Shown here: positions 33,445 through 46,701 of the stretch, piece by piece
Layout of the letters: every line of letters starts with the position of its first letter
Numbering within the stretch: the first letter of the stretch is position 1
The notes under the pieces: model-generated
Database searches by the model: none
Seen by the model: only the letters and a program-made list of their open reading frames with translations
Told to the model about the DNA's origin: nothing
DNA from: Botryllus schlosseri
Taxonomy: Eukaryota
Reading direction: 5' to 3'
DNA: 64,000 bases
Assembly (NCBI GenBank): GCA_051294905.1
Contig: CM119371.1
Span: 8,868,001 to 8,932,000, forward strand
Made by a program: the position numbers and the translations under genes

Positions 33445-35685
33445 CAGTGTTGGGATCAAGTCACTACCTACGAGTCACGAGTCATCTCGAGTCCTTGCAC
33501 ATTTTGACTCGAGTCAAGTCAAGTCAATCGATTTTCAAAGGTGACTCTGGAGGTGACTCGAGTCAAGTCGAGTCAAGTCAAGTCAAGTCACGAGTCAAGT
33601 CACAATTCAAGTCAAATTGAATTTTCGAAGTATGATAGATGATGCAAAGTCATTAAATTTTACTGGTGATGATGCAAAGTCATTTCATTTTACTAACTGG
33701 ATGAAGGACAGAATAATTGGACATTTAGCTTGAATCAAATAATGAAATAAAAATGAATATACATGCAAAAAGGTGATGTATCGCTCACGCACACGAAGAA
33801 CTGCTAATAAAATACGTGAGTAACTGTATAGCTACATGCTACAGCAGTGGTTCCCAACGTGGGCGATATCGCCCCCCAGGGGGCGATTTGGCGGTCTAGG
33901 GGGGCGAAAATAACGAAGGGGGCGATAGGGGGGCGAAAACGGACGAGGGGGGCTATAGGGGGCGAAAACAACGAAGGGGGCGATGAGGGGGCGATGACGC
34001 GTTAAAAGGGCTATGTTGGAGTCGGGACCGTAACTGCCGCACGCCAAACCTCCCAATTGGGGTGTGGGGCCCGAACTCGAAGGGGGCCCAAAATTATTTC
34101 GTGAATTAACATAAATTATGGAGTAACTTTTTTAGAAATTCGTGCAATTTTTTCAAAAATTTTTCGCGCAGGGCGCGATTTAATATTTTAATATATCTTG
34201 ATTTTGAGATACCGCAGTCACCCAACAAAAATATGAATGATTTATGGAAATGGGAGACTTCGGCGTCGGCCATTACTGGGCCACGACGCACCAAGACATA
34301 TGAAGTTAGAGGCCATGTAACATGCGACTCCGAGAAGTAGGCCTATGCCAGAACGATCAGCAGCGATAAGACCTTGGCCAAAAAGGAATGCCCTTGTCCT
34401 GACCAAAAACTTTGATAGATATATGTTTAATTGTCCATAGGCACCTCGATGACTGGCGCCGAATGTTCCTGTCCTGGCGACCTTAACCCTACAGGACAAA
34501 TGCCATCCCGCAAGGAAAAAATATTTGCCAGTAAAGAAATACCAATTTGAAATCATGTGCGTCTTTTAGTTTGGTACGTTTTGACGATTTCCATATCTTC
34601 TGACATAGCAGATATAGAAGGTCACGAAAGAGTATCATGTAACGAAGTCAATATAGCAACGATTCCGCCCGAAGATGTTAAATTATTATTTAGGGGTCCT
34701 ACCTTTTCCAACACACACCACACTCAGCTCTACCGGAAAATCTGATTACGTGAGCAGAAAGAGGATATAAAATGGATAGCAATATCATGCAATTCCCGAT
34801 CATATTGACCGATTCTAACATGAATTATATAAATTTTTCGCGCTTCGCGCGTTTAGGCGAAATACGGGGATTACCACCAAACAGTACATGAAGTAGGGTA
34901 TAGCCGATATGTAGCGACAAAAAGCCCACTGACTGAGGGGGGTCTGGCTTATCACCATGTGGGGCCAAAGACCAACGTTTTTGGGGGCCTGACGAAGTGC
35001 TGTTTTTCGGTCCCCAATATTTGGGGGGCGATGATCGGTGCGGAGCTTCAAAAGGGGGCGATGAGTCGAAAAAGGTTGGGAACCACTGTGCTACAGTATG
35101 TTATTTTCGGCCAACACAGAGGATCGAATACGAAGCCTCGGGAAGTTGAACAAATTGATATGGTACAATTCACTACCCATCTACACATCCGTGAGAATAT
35201 AAACGCATAACCTATATATTCCTTGAGCTTATTAAATCATACAAGAGTGTTGGTGAATGTGAGCAGTGCGCAATGTAAGCACTGAGCCGTCTAAGAAACA
35301 AAGATACGTTTCTATTTGATGAATTTATTGCTACTGCGACAACGTAAGCTGTGATCGTTTCGTTTGTGGTCAATTTATTTGTGATGTAACAATGGATGAC
35401 CTACAATCAATGAATGACTGGTTTCTCTCATAAGTGACACCAGCGTATCGCGAACAACCCAAACATACATAAGATAGGGTAATTTAATCGACACCTTATA
35501 CTTAATGACTTGAAATTGACTCGTAAATTTTGCTCCAAGTCACGAGTCAATCCACATTTCTGAAGCGCCGAGTCAAGTCAAGTCAAGTCAATTTTGCAAA
35601 GTGACTCGAGTCAAGTCAAGTCATACGAAAAAGTTGACTCGAGTCTGACTCGAGTCAAGTCATGACTCGAGTCATCCCAACACTG
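33445..35685. mobile_element. GAGTC-rich hAT-type MITE with nested insertion
   Basis: TIR CAGTGTTGGGAT / ATCCCAACACTG; perfect TSD GTTGAAAT. Confidence 0.88.
33845..35088. mobile_element. Non-autonomous hAT element nested in 33445-35685
   Basis: TIR CAGTGGTTCCCAAC / GTTGGGAACCACTG; perfect TSD TGCTACAG; GGGGGCGA subterminal repeats. Confidence 0.88.
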
Positions 35686-36030
35686 GTTGAAATATCACAA
35701 AACCAACCACAGCTAATTCACAACATAAACGGGCTAACAATTAATCCCGAAAGAACTATTTTTCGCACAACCAGCACTGTTAGTATCGTATATATACCCG
35801 CAGTGCAATCATGGATCGACGAGTCTCGCATGGGTAAGCCGAATAATTCATACTCTCGGAAAACTGAGAGTATCCGCTACCGTGTAGTACATGATTTTAC
35901 CATTGCTAGTAAATCAGGTGAGTTGACCGTGAATATCATTGTCTGACTGTTTCGCTGGCGTAATTGGCTATAATCTTAAAGCTATTAGGCCAATAAAGGT
36001 GGTTCCAGGAAAATTTATTGTAACCGCCGG

Positions 36031-36131
36031 CAGGGGTGTCAAACATACGGCCCGCGGGATCATTTAGAACAAATTGAAAATATATTACATTCGAAACCGG
36101 CCCGCGACGCGAGTTGAGTTTGACATCCCTG
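36031..36131. mobile_element. Tiny hAT-type MITE
   Basis: CAGGGGTGTCAAAC ... GTTTGACATCCCTG with GGCCCGCG subterminal motifs. Confidence 0.65.
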
Positions 36132-38023
36132 ACCTATAGCGGATACGTGCCCGAAGATCACAGATTGGCACTATAAAGGTAGGGTTTCAAGATATCATAG
36201 GACAGTGGCGGCTCGTGACAATATCGGGTGGTGGGTCAAGGGCTGCAGGCGACTTTTTATCAAGATGACGTCACAATCGCGTTTTAACGTACGTGCCACG
36301 CGACTCGAGAGGTCCGCCGGTGAGCTGTGACTTGAAGTATGGTAACTGCGTAAACGGCGCACGGAAAAAAAGATTCAACACGGTCCATGTTCGCACCAGG
36401 CCCGACTAATTATCTGCAGAATTGGAAATGACTATAACTCGAGAGATAGCGTAAGCCCAACTGGAAAGGCCAACGAGCTCGGACAGACACGCAACTGCCA
36501 TCCCACAGATTGGGCCTGTCATACCGAATCCAAAACACCACTCCGAAGAACTAAGAACAGCAGCCCCGGAAATTCGGCCCCGGCACAGCCCAGAAGATCC
36601 CGGCCCTGAAACTGGAGACTGTAACACGACACACACGGCTTTATTACTGTCTATGGGTCTGCTGCGAAATCGCCCTTGGAATATATATATATCACCGAAT
36701 AAACACGTGGATGAAAGCCTTAAACTTAGTACACTGTTACATGACATCATCGAGAAGTGTCCTCATGGCCCTTTTTGGTATGGCACACTGTCAAAATTAA
36801 TGCGAACAGACCAACACCGAATTTTGCGTAAGATTTACTGAGGAATAGGCTGATCAAGTGATCAGCTGTTAGCCGCCATCGAAAACTAAATAGCTATCGC
36901 GCTTGAGGGGGTTGTAAGCAAATGGCTTGACGGCCACAATTTCACGGTGAAATTGACATTGGAGGATATAATATCAAAGTGAATATTTGAATGGAATCTG
37001 AGAATGATATCATCATCTCAGTTAACGTTACCGCAGATACAACGGCTTTTGCGTGATATCCGCAATGCGTTGACGGCTAAAGTGTCAGATCGGAGCGCAT
37101 CTCTACCATGCTCGACCTTGATAACGAAATCACTGCCCTAATCATTGAGTGTCAACCTTGAGACTTGGCATAGCGTGCGTTCGATATAAAAATAAAGACA
37201 TACTGTTCAAAAGCTTATGACGGATCTAGGTGAGGAGCATCGTTAAAATCGATATATACATCACCGTAGGCTTTCGTCTCGTTTTTGCAATGAATTATAT
37301 CTGTGATATATCAACGGAGGACTTGGAAAATCATGCTGCTCAGTCGTGGAATGACTGCTTGCCCACCCTGCTTATATCAGAGCGTGGAGAGCATATATTA
37401 GAAAACAGCGTGACTCACTGGTCACCCATTTATGCGCTCTAAGGTGTACTGCACTTTTTCACAAATGCGTAGGACTTCTGAATTACAATCCACATAGTCT
37501 CAGTGTTTTATCTTCTCCTATATACAATATACAATACTCTTCTTAAAAAAGCTAGTGATCGGTGTGGTACTACTTTCAGTCAATCCATGTTACCCGCGAT
37601 TCACTATTTGCAACGTATTCGTGATACTCGTTTGGCTTGAAACATATTATACAACCGGCTATACGTCAGGTAAAGGCGGGTATACTCACTGCAGCGTGAA
37701 CTTTCATTGCTATTTGTGCGAGGTGAACCGCATAATTTAGGGTAATTCGTTTAGCAATTCAAGTTCGTATGTAATTCAACACCTCATAGCAACAAAATGC
37801 CCCTGAGAGTAGTTATCTCAATTGACAAGCCAGACATAATACTGAGTAATGCGAAACACCTTGTTTAAGAAGTGATAATTTATTCAGGTATTTCAACCAA
37901 ATTATTCGCCTGAAGGCATCATCGAAAATTTGCACCGATCAACTTTCCATTTCTACATAGGTACAATTCAAATCAATTCTGCATTAGCATTACTTTAATT
38001 TTTCTTGCGAAATCATAAATCAT

Positions 38024-38542
38024 CTAATACGGTACTTTCAAAGCCATATATTGGCAATCTGCTTCCTTTAGTGATAACGAATGAGTTTCCGCATGCGCAT
38101 AAATAACCGATTCTGGGTAAATAACCCAAAGTATGAGATCACGCTCAGTTTTTTTGTCCCTCAATCTTTCCTCCCACTGAGGGAGCGCTATTTTCAAGGA
38201 CTTCACCCAGCAGATGCAGATCTCCGCAAATGCCAGTTTAAGGGGGGTCTCGGGATGGAGAGATCCCGTATAGATATCTTCCCATTCGTTTTCATCAAGA
38301 TGTTTGCCAGTCCAGTCACTATCGTCGCCATGATCGCAGGAGCAGAAGCCATGTCGTTTTTTCCAGTAGCGCATTCGCGGATTAGAGTGATCATCGAGTA
38401 TATCACAAATATATTCTGATAGCGAGGTTGTGGTCATAAGAAATTTCAAGGATTTCAGCCCTTGATCGAGAAATTCCTCTTCTCGGGGTTTTTCAACGAG
38501 GTGTTCGGTTTCAGGTTCTTCGCAACGCAATCCCAAGCACAT
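38024..38542 (-). CDS. Unknown-function protein, paralog B (172 aa)
   Basis: Full-length similarity to 31148-31660; ATG start; intact. Confidence 0.75.
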   Translation of the reverse strand: MCLGLRCEEPETEHLVEKPREEEFLDQGLKSLKFLMTTTSLSEYICDILDDHSNPRMRYWKKRHGFCSCDHGDDSDWTGKHLDENEWEDIYTGSLHPETPLKLAFAEICICWVKSLKIALPQWEERLRDKKTERDLILWVIYPESVIYAHAETHSLSLKEADCQYMALKVPY

Positions 38543-38962
38543 TTCATTAATTTAGTGTATAGTTATTGGTATGATAGCCCTTAAATAAATACACACGGTT
38601 TATTTTAAATCGTGCAACCAACAAAGTATAGCATTTTTGTGGAGTATCGAAGGACTTTATAGACGAAGAGTGGTCACAGTATCCAAGTTCAAAAGTAGCA
38701 ATTTGTAATGACCAAATAACTAATGAGGCTGTTCAATTTAGCACGATAGGGAAAGCACCTTTTTAAACCATCGTAGATGGTATAGTCTTATGCCCGTCCC
38801 GTACCCGTCCTATGTCGAATATAATTATGAGGACATTATGTAACACCGAGGAATCGCAGGGGAATATTCACGTTTCTTATGGCTTAGACATTAAAGAAGA
38901 CGCCTCTCAATTGTACCAGAGTCATGCCCACACGTTAATTTAAGGAAGCGCTCAGTGTACTG

Positions 38963-39330
38963 CAGAGTTGGGATCAAGTCACCACCGTCGAGCCCCGAGT
39001 CATCCCGAGCCACTACACATCCCGACCCGAGTCAAGTCTAAATTCCAGTCAAATTGAATTTTACGTACATTCAGTGATTGACTGGTCACTCTCGCAAGTG
39101 ACACAGCAGGAGCATCGCGCATAATGCTAACATTCACAAAATTCAGTGATTTAATCGATACCATTTACTTGATGACTCGAAATTGACTCAAACATTTTGC
39201 TCCGAGTCACGAGTCAAGTCGCACCCTGGAAGCGCCGAGTCAAGTCAAATCACTTGTTGAAAGGGACCCGAACCAAGCCAAGCCACACGAAAAAGTCGAT
39301 CCGAGTCTGACTCGAGTCATCCCAACACTG
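38963..39330. mobile_element. Short copy of the 33445-family MITE
   Basis: CAGAGTTGGGATCAAGTCAC ... ATCCCAACACTG; perfect TSD GTGTACTG. Confidence 0.85.
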
Positions 39331-40519
39331 GTGTACTGTGGCATAATTATGCGAGCTTATCGAAAACTAGTTACTCTGTGCTCCAAAATACCCGCGGACA
39401 TAATCGCTCGGCTGAGGTAGCGAAGTATCCAGATCTTCGCACAAAAATTTAGCCTGTTGAACCAACGACATACTGTAAGGCCCCGACCTTTCCATTTACA
39501 ACTTGTTATTTGAGAATAGATACACAACGTGGTTCATTGCAGAATTTACAATCAATAGTATAGTTTACATAAAGTCAGAATGGCTCAATCCCAGTAATTA
39601 ATTTCTTACAAGCTGGAAGTCCTAAAGATTGGCCACAAACGCAAATTATCTAACTAATCAAACTATTATTACCAGCCGACACCGGCGATACCGGGCAAAT
39701 TCACAACACCGTTTACATCGGCGACACTGACAAATTAAAGACACCAGGTAACGATTGCGGTTGTCTAGATGGCGAGCTTACAGGCGTATTGGATTGGAAT
39801 ATAGAGACGTATTTTGGGACGACATGGACTGCAGTCTTCAGACGAGCTACATTATTGGATATATCAACAGCCCGCGCTCGACAGGATTTCCACCACTTCG
39901 AAACAAATCCCGAAGTAGGGGAGGTACGTATATGTCTCGTTCTGCGAATTTTTCACAGCCGCCAAATCTCAAAATGCGGCCAAGTCCGGTTTTTCTTCCT
40001 TTCGTTAGTGAACTCGAAGGATATCGGTATAACTAGTTTTACCCGTCCAGTTCTGAGTGCAGAACGTCCATTTCACACGGATAATACGTCCCTAAAAATG
40101 AATCTTCACTTGGTTACCGGTAGCGCTCCGGCTTGTAGCATCAGGCCAAGTTAACCCCTCCATTTGGGAATGATGGACCGGGCCTTGACCTAAAGCCTTA
40201 GGATCAAAAAAATAAGCATACTTATTGAAGCATTTTACTGATGCTAAACGAAAAATAAAAAAATAAAAAATAAAAAAAATTGAAATTAAAATTAGACCAA
40301 GTGTGTCACAGCAATAACGCATTAACTCTGCCAGACCTCAAATTATTGGTTATAATTTCCAAATAACGAACTTCTTAATAGTACCATTAATACAATTGAC
40401 TTGTGGTTTTGCCATTTCACTGACCGAGCCGGTCTTACAAGCTGCACCCTATGCTGGTGTGTGATAAAAAAGCAGGGTAGTAATGATCTGAGTTATTGGG
40501 TTTTAGGAAGACCTCTGTA

Positions 40520-40684
40520 AATTGAGCAGTCAACACAATGACCCGGACCCGGACCCGAGTCACAATACCATGACTCAGACTCGATCCTGTGGGAACCGAA
40601 AAATGACTCGACCCAACCCGAGCCAAAAATACAAAAGTGAGATTGACTTGTGACTCGGAGCCTTGTGACTTGGTTACAACCCCA
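40520..40684 (-). mobile_element. Partial inverted copy of the 6629-family MITE
   Basis: GTGACTTGGTTACAACCC terminus and GAGTCACAATACCATGACTCAGACTCGA match 6629-6820 in reverse. Confidence 0.65.
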
Positions 40685-43600
40685 ATAAAAAGGCAGGCCT
40701 TGTTACTTCTTTTTACAGAAAATCACCACCTATCTACCGGGATTACACATGTCAAAGCAAGGCGACTTCAACAGTCAAGTATAGACTGTCGCGTGAAAAT
40801 AAGTGGTCTTGGTTTATGTATCAAGTAAACCGAAATATTGATGGCAGGTGGACGTTCGAGCATTTTATTGTGCAGGGTGCACCAATTGTTCAAATAGTTC
40901 TGGCCATCAAGATTCAAGAGGCTCGTAACAGGTTGCAGGCCAAGTTCTTATTTGTCTAGATGCCACTAAAGGCCGCCATACTGCAAAATGGCCCTTATCG
41001 ACCATTTCAAACACTGTCGCAAATACCAAGATCCAGTATAAATTCATCAAGACATTGTACATAATGATATAGAAATCAATCTTTCCAATGATTGGAAATT
41101 GGGAAACATTGTTATCACCGGTGTGTAAGCTACTTTATACTAGCTACATTTATTGTAGTGAAATTTAGGGCGAAATTCCAGTTCTCAATAATTGAAAAAA
41201 AGAAAATATTAAAAAGAAAACTTGCAAGTTCTAGCGCGTCGTTGCTGGGCCAAAATGGAGAAGCCGGAATAAAAATATATTATAACAGTTTGCCTTTGCT
41301 TTCATATCAAGGCTGCCCAAGAGTCGCCTTTTAAGACTGGTGCCCGGACGACAATACCGCAGTCGCGTCAAGCCATCACCCAAATTGAATTGAATTTTAG
41401 AGGTGAGAATGATCATACTCAAAATTTATTAGATCAATTCACTACTATGGCGAGTTTGTGGTGAAACACCAGCGTCAGTGAGGCCGCTGCTATACAAATC
41501 ATCAATCCCTACAGGCAACAACATGGCGGATATTTGGTCTAGCCGCGCAGTATCACAACTAAGTCCCCATAGTATTAAAGCAGCCCACAGGCATTCTAAT
41601 ATGGGGGAATGTATCATAGTCCGCAACTAATGAGTGTACATTTTATTTCCAGTTACAAGGTGATGTATCCTCATCGTGAGAAGGCATTACATGAGTAAGT
41701 CACACTTAGATGTATCCGAAATGTAGAACACTAGACTAACTCATGAATGGTTAGTCATAAACTTATGTAAAAAAATGTGCCCCACTTAGGTTACCAACTT
41801 GGTGACTATCAAGCTGCTTTTCTGTTAAAATGTGCTTTGGATTATTGCTTGTTCTAAAACCAAGCGATATTACAGCGAAATGTGCAGCAGTATCTGTCTT
41901 ACAGTGATTAAATTCCTTTTAGTTCATAGATGAACATATCTTACACCCGCATACTTCTCATATCAATCATTAAATTACATAGGGCATTGTAGTAATAGAA
42001 GGAAGTAATTTGTCTCTTCTAACTATGGTATTTGCTATAGTGAACGCCGCAACCAACAGACTCTGGTCTGCCAAAGTCCCACAAAAACTTTAACAGACCA
42101 CGCCCATCCCTCGCAGCGATCCAGCGGTACCCTTAAACAAATCTATGAGAACCCATCTGTCCCTTTAGCTGTTTTATCCTCGTCTTTGATGATCAACAAC
42201 ATGCTGATGTGTTACCCAATCAAAGCATTGCTCACTGATTTGAAGAGAAATAACTCCAGACAATAACACTTACAAAAAAAATTTTACAAATAGTCCAATG
42301 TTCCTATCAGATATGTTTCAGTCTGATCAATCTAGGGTTGTTGAAAATAAACTTGGGTGCCAGTGCTGTTCAAAACTGTCAAGTTCATCCTAACCAAGAG
42401 TTATACACTGAAATTCCCAAGTATCAAATAGTTACATTTCATCTTTCAGGTTGGTGAAGGCAAACATCAATACTCGGCTCGCTAGGACAATGCTATGATA
42501 CCCATAGTATGCGCGGCAAGTCATGTCTGAATCAGGTATGGGAGTCAGAACATGAGAGTTGGAATATAGACAACCTCACCGTGACCTAGTGCCACTATAC
42601 AATAGTCATGGGTTGTTTACTGTTTTAGGGTCAATAGACATCACCCAACTCAGGTCAAGTTGTTGGAATTAAGTCAATACCATTTACTCCAACTCACTGC
42701 TTGTTTTGACTGAATTGGGCGAAAACCAAAACATGAAGTGATGACTCTAGCCAACTGGGGTAATTCTAACATTTTGTTATATAAAACTTATTTTGATATT
42801 TCAATCACCAGTGTAAAACAACAAGGTTAAGAATTCATGCTTTCCCTAAATGGTCTCCTTCTCTTCTTTCTAGGCAGCTAAATATCTGCTATTTAGTGAA
42901 CCCACCCTGACTGAATATTATGTCACAAAATTTCCTGTACGAATATCATATAGGCCAACTTTGCAGCTCTGAACCAATGAGTTCCTACTATATTTCCTAA
43001 CTGTTGACAATTATACCTTCATATTTTTCAGTTTAGACCGTCCTATTAAACAAATCCTGCTCAAGCTTACTGTCCTGTTCAGATCCAACCATGAAGAATT
43101 CAAAAGGCCTATTCCCAGAAATTCTGATGTCAATATCCAATTTGGCAAGACCCAGGTGCTGCTGCTTACAACTTCAAGTCATTCTCATCTTATTTATGGG
43201 TAAGTAATTTTACAACATCCATTTCTACCTTATTTATTCAGTAGTCGACCCAAGTAACCCTGTACTGTGCATGATTTATTTTTATAGACCTCACGAACTG
43301 TCCATCAATCTATACATCCATTCCCAATTAATAGACCCACTTGCCAGCTCACTCAGTATGAACTAGAAATCAAACACACCTTTTAAAATTCACAGCTCAT
43401 CTATACTCCATTTGTAGCTAAATTAGCGAATCTGGAGCTGTACCGAAGTCAACTATTCCTGCTTATTATGACAGGTTCACATTTATAAGTTGTGAATTGG
43501 GAAATGAATTACTATTCTCCTGGCGGGTTACACTAGACAACACTGAAATTTTAAAGCCGAGAAACTAAAAGAAAATAATTTATTTTCTTTATCTTACTGG

Positions 43601-44082
43601 CAGTTTGTAGCTCAAAATTTACAATCAAGGTAGGTAGAATTCTATGTTTTACTATCCCGAACTCATGATTCGCCGTAACAAGTACCCTATTGAGCCCTGA
43701 GTTTGGACCTTCCTTCATTTATTCTACAGGTTTTACACACAGGAAAGTTGTCTCTCATCGTACTACGGCACACAGTGAGTTAGAGACCAAATTCAGATGC
43801 GACTCCCTTACAAAAGACCTTCATCTATTTAGAATCGGAACAGCAATGACTACGAGTATACTCAGGATCCACCACCTGGAATTGGATTTGGAGTGGGCAA
43901 TAAAGTCTTTCAACGCGAACCAGTGGACTAGAGGACTTTACTCATAGGATTTCATCTATTGGTCCTGTTGCGTGTTAAAGATGCTAACCAAAGCTGCATG
44001 AGGCGGTCTCAATAAGACTTTAAAGGGTACATAACCAGTCATCAAAATGGCCCGGACCCGCGTCAGAACTATGCCTCGTAAT

Positions 44083-44598
44083 TAGGGCTGGGCACAATGA
44101 TTCGAGTACTCGAATCTGAATCGAGCAATAATTTTAATGATTCGAGTCGAGTAGCAAAATACGATTTTTTCGAGTACTGAAATTATACGCTCCTCGCCAC
44201 TGAAAGTTAATTTATCAACGATAATTATAGTTTCGATATCAATTTTCACTGTTGAAGCCTTGAAACCTATATTGGCCGCATCGTAGCATACGAAACATAT
44301 AGTACAAAGCTACGAACGTTACATGAAATAACATATTTCCGAAAGCATGATCATCCGCAACATTATCACCAAGTGCCATGAAATCGATATGGACGAAAAT
44401 ATGCCAAAGCAACCTTAAGGTGATGGATATCAGGAATTATATTCTTTGTGGTCGCATAAAAGGTACATATTTGAACTTTGACATAATACATTGTGTTGTG
44501 ACGTCATAATGAGTGATACTAGATTACTCGACTCGACTCGAAGCATTTTACGTGATTCAGAATCGAATCACCCAGGTACTCGATCTTGCCCAGCCCCA
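44083..44598. mobile_element. hAT-type MITE, same family as 10807-11321
   Basis: TIR TAGGGCTGGGCA / TGCCCAGCCCCA; TSD CTCGTAAT / CCCGTAAT. Confidence 0.8.
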
Positions 44599-45594
44599 CC
44601 CGTAATCCGTTCGTTGACTGTAGCGCGACTCGAAGGTGGTACTACAACAGTTCGAATAGAGTCAAAGTTTCGCGAAATCTAAAGTACTTCAGTGAGGCAA
44701 AGTGTGACGTTCCGTTGGCTGGTAAGGACCGTGTTCAACTGATCCTAACTATGACTGTGGACGTATTCACGGGTTAGTTCACTTGGAGCCTGAGCGCGGG
44801 CGGTCCATTCGAAATCCTTTATAATTCTCACCAGCACTGTTTCACATTTCGGTAGGCCACAACTAAGAACAAGGTCTTAAGGAGTTCAGTATTAACTTGT
44901 TTCACGCGTCAGGTTGTCCGCTTATCGAATAGGCCCAAAACTACAAATTGTATTCATGATTAGTGATTTACTAAGCTAATTTCCAATAAGCTATAGCGTT
45001 AGCAATTTTATATCAGAGGTTTGCAGCTATCCCCAATTTTAGGAATGTTTCAAGTCCCTGAAGTACTTGGCCCTGTCTCAGCAGAATTTTTAAATTGACT
45101 AGGGATTCTACCCCCACACACTGCGTTAACATATTAATTCACGCTAATATAAACCCCGTTTCGTTGGCCGGTTGGCTCTTTTATTCCTCGACTCTGTTGG
45201 GTATTTATTCACCCATTTCCTTAATCACGGGGCTAATGTCTCAAGATCATCTAGCGATTGGTGTGTCCATGGAAATTCAGTCGTTACTAATTACGATCCC
45301 ACTATTAAACTCTTCTCAACCGACAGACATGTGGGAACGTAACCTGACTGTAACTATTAACCCGTCAAGCCTCCACCGTCAGTACCAGCCTCGTATTGTT
45401 CTTCTTTTAAGAGTATACAATCTTACACACCGATTACTCGAGAATAGGCACATTAGTAAGTCGCCAAACAAAATCTACGCCATACACACGTATAAATTGT
45501 GGTAAAAACACGTTCGTCGGTATTGACGCAGTCCACTATAGATATCACACCAAGAGTTCTGACAGTTGAAACATAGTTTCAATTAAGCGTCTCA

Positions 45595-46701
45595 TTAATT
45601 ACCAAACCAATCAATGGTACTGGTACAGGGTTCAGGCATTTCGCTCTTTATAGCTTCAAGACTCGGCAATGTTACCACGGTACAAGTTGATTGAACAGGT
45701 GGCAGTGGTTTAAAGTCGCGATACCAATTTTTACAGATGTTTTTCAAGAAACTCATTACGTCTGGTACGTTTCCAAGACGCCACACTTCCGAAAATACAA
45801 GCTCTCCGCGTATGGTATGAATCAGAATCTCGTCAGAATTACTTGAATGACATCGCAACGAGTATTGTTGTAGGGCGATGTCTATACGAGTTGGTTCGTT
45901 GGCAGCTAGTGCTATCCCACAGCTGACCAGTATAGGCATTATTAAATAAGCTACTGCACGAGAAACTTGCAAAGAGACGCTAGAACCACCAAGTTCCATA
46001 GAATCATAGGCGCCACGGCTAGACGAAATTGACCGTCCGATGTCATTCAACAAATTGCCCACAGAATCGGGGTAATTAGGAGCCAAATCGTCCCCACTCA
46101 TCAGACCAATATAGACGTCCAAAGCCTCGCGAATAACGCACCGAATAGTCATTTCATCTTTAAAAAATGCGTGCGGCACATTTCCAGACCTCAGGTCTCG
46201 GTCCGACAGATAATTAACAATTAAGTCATCATTCAAGTCGCCATATAGATTATAACGCCTCTGAAACATTGTAACACGCGACTGAAATTCAATCGATATT
46301 AAAGCAGAAATCATAGCTTGTTGGTCAGCCAAGATATTAGTACACTTAGGACAGTCTTCTGGGGCGGGATTTAATCCATCTGCCCGACGACGAAATTCCA
46401 TGATATTCTGCCCTGTAAAAGTGCTACCAATATTGAATACATACATATTTTTCAAATCGAGCATGAGTTTGGAGGCCGCTCCAGAGGCAATCTGTGATAG
46501 GATTAGATCGTCTGTCAATAGAGCGAATTTTTCGTCAGTAGATCGCGATCCCATGTCAAATGTCGCTATACATTCGGCACAGTTGAAGGGCAGGTTTGTG
46601 CCCAAGTTCCAATGATGATGATTGTCTTTCAGAATGGCCGTCAGCGATTGGCGAGCGCCGAGATGAACGTAGACCTGCTGCAGAATGCTAGCTCCTTCCA
46701 T
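45595..46701 (-). CDS. Hypothetical protein (~368 aa from ATG 46701) with two CxxC motifs
   Basis: Long intronless ORF, protein-like composition, CAEC and CPKC; ATG preceded by acceptor-like TATACTTCAG. Confidence 0.65.
   Translation of the reverse strand: MEGASILQQVYVHLGARQSLTAILKDNHHHWNLGTNLPFNCAECIATFDMGSRSTDEKFALLTDDLILSQIASGAASKLMLDLKNMYVFNIGSTFTGQNIMEFRRRADGLNPAPEDCPKCTNILADQQAMISALISIEFQSRVTMFQRRYNLYGDLNDDLIVNYLSDRDLRSGNVPHAFFKDEMTIRCVIREALDVYIGLMSGDDLAPNYPDSVGNLLNDIGRSISSSRGAYDSMELGGSSVSLQVSRAVAYLIMPILVSCGIALAANEPTRIDIALQQYSLRCHSSNSDEILIHTIRGELVFSEVWRLGNVPDVMSFLKNICKNWYRDFKPLPPVQSTCTVVTLPSLEAIKSEMPEPCTSTIDWFGN

Noticed and set aside
39755..40154. Plus-strand ORFs of 93 and 121 aa
   Set aside because: Non-ATG starts, opposite strand to the cluster, no recognisable motif.
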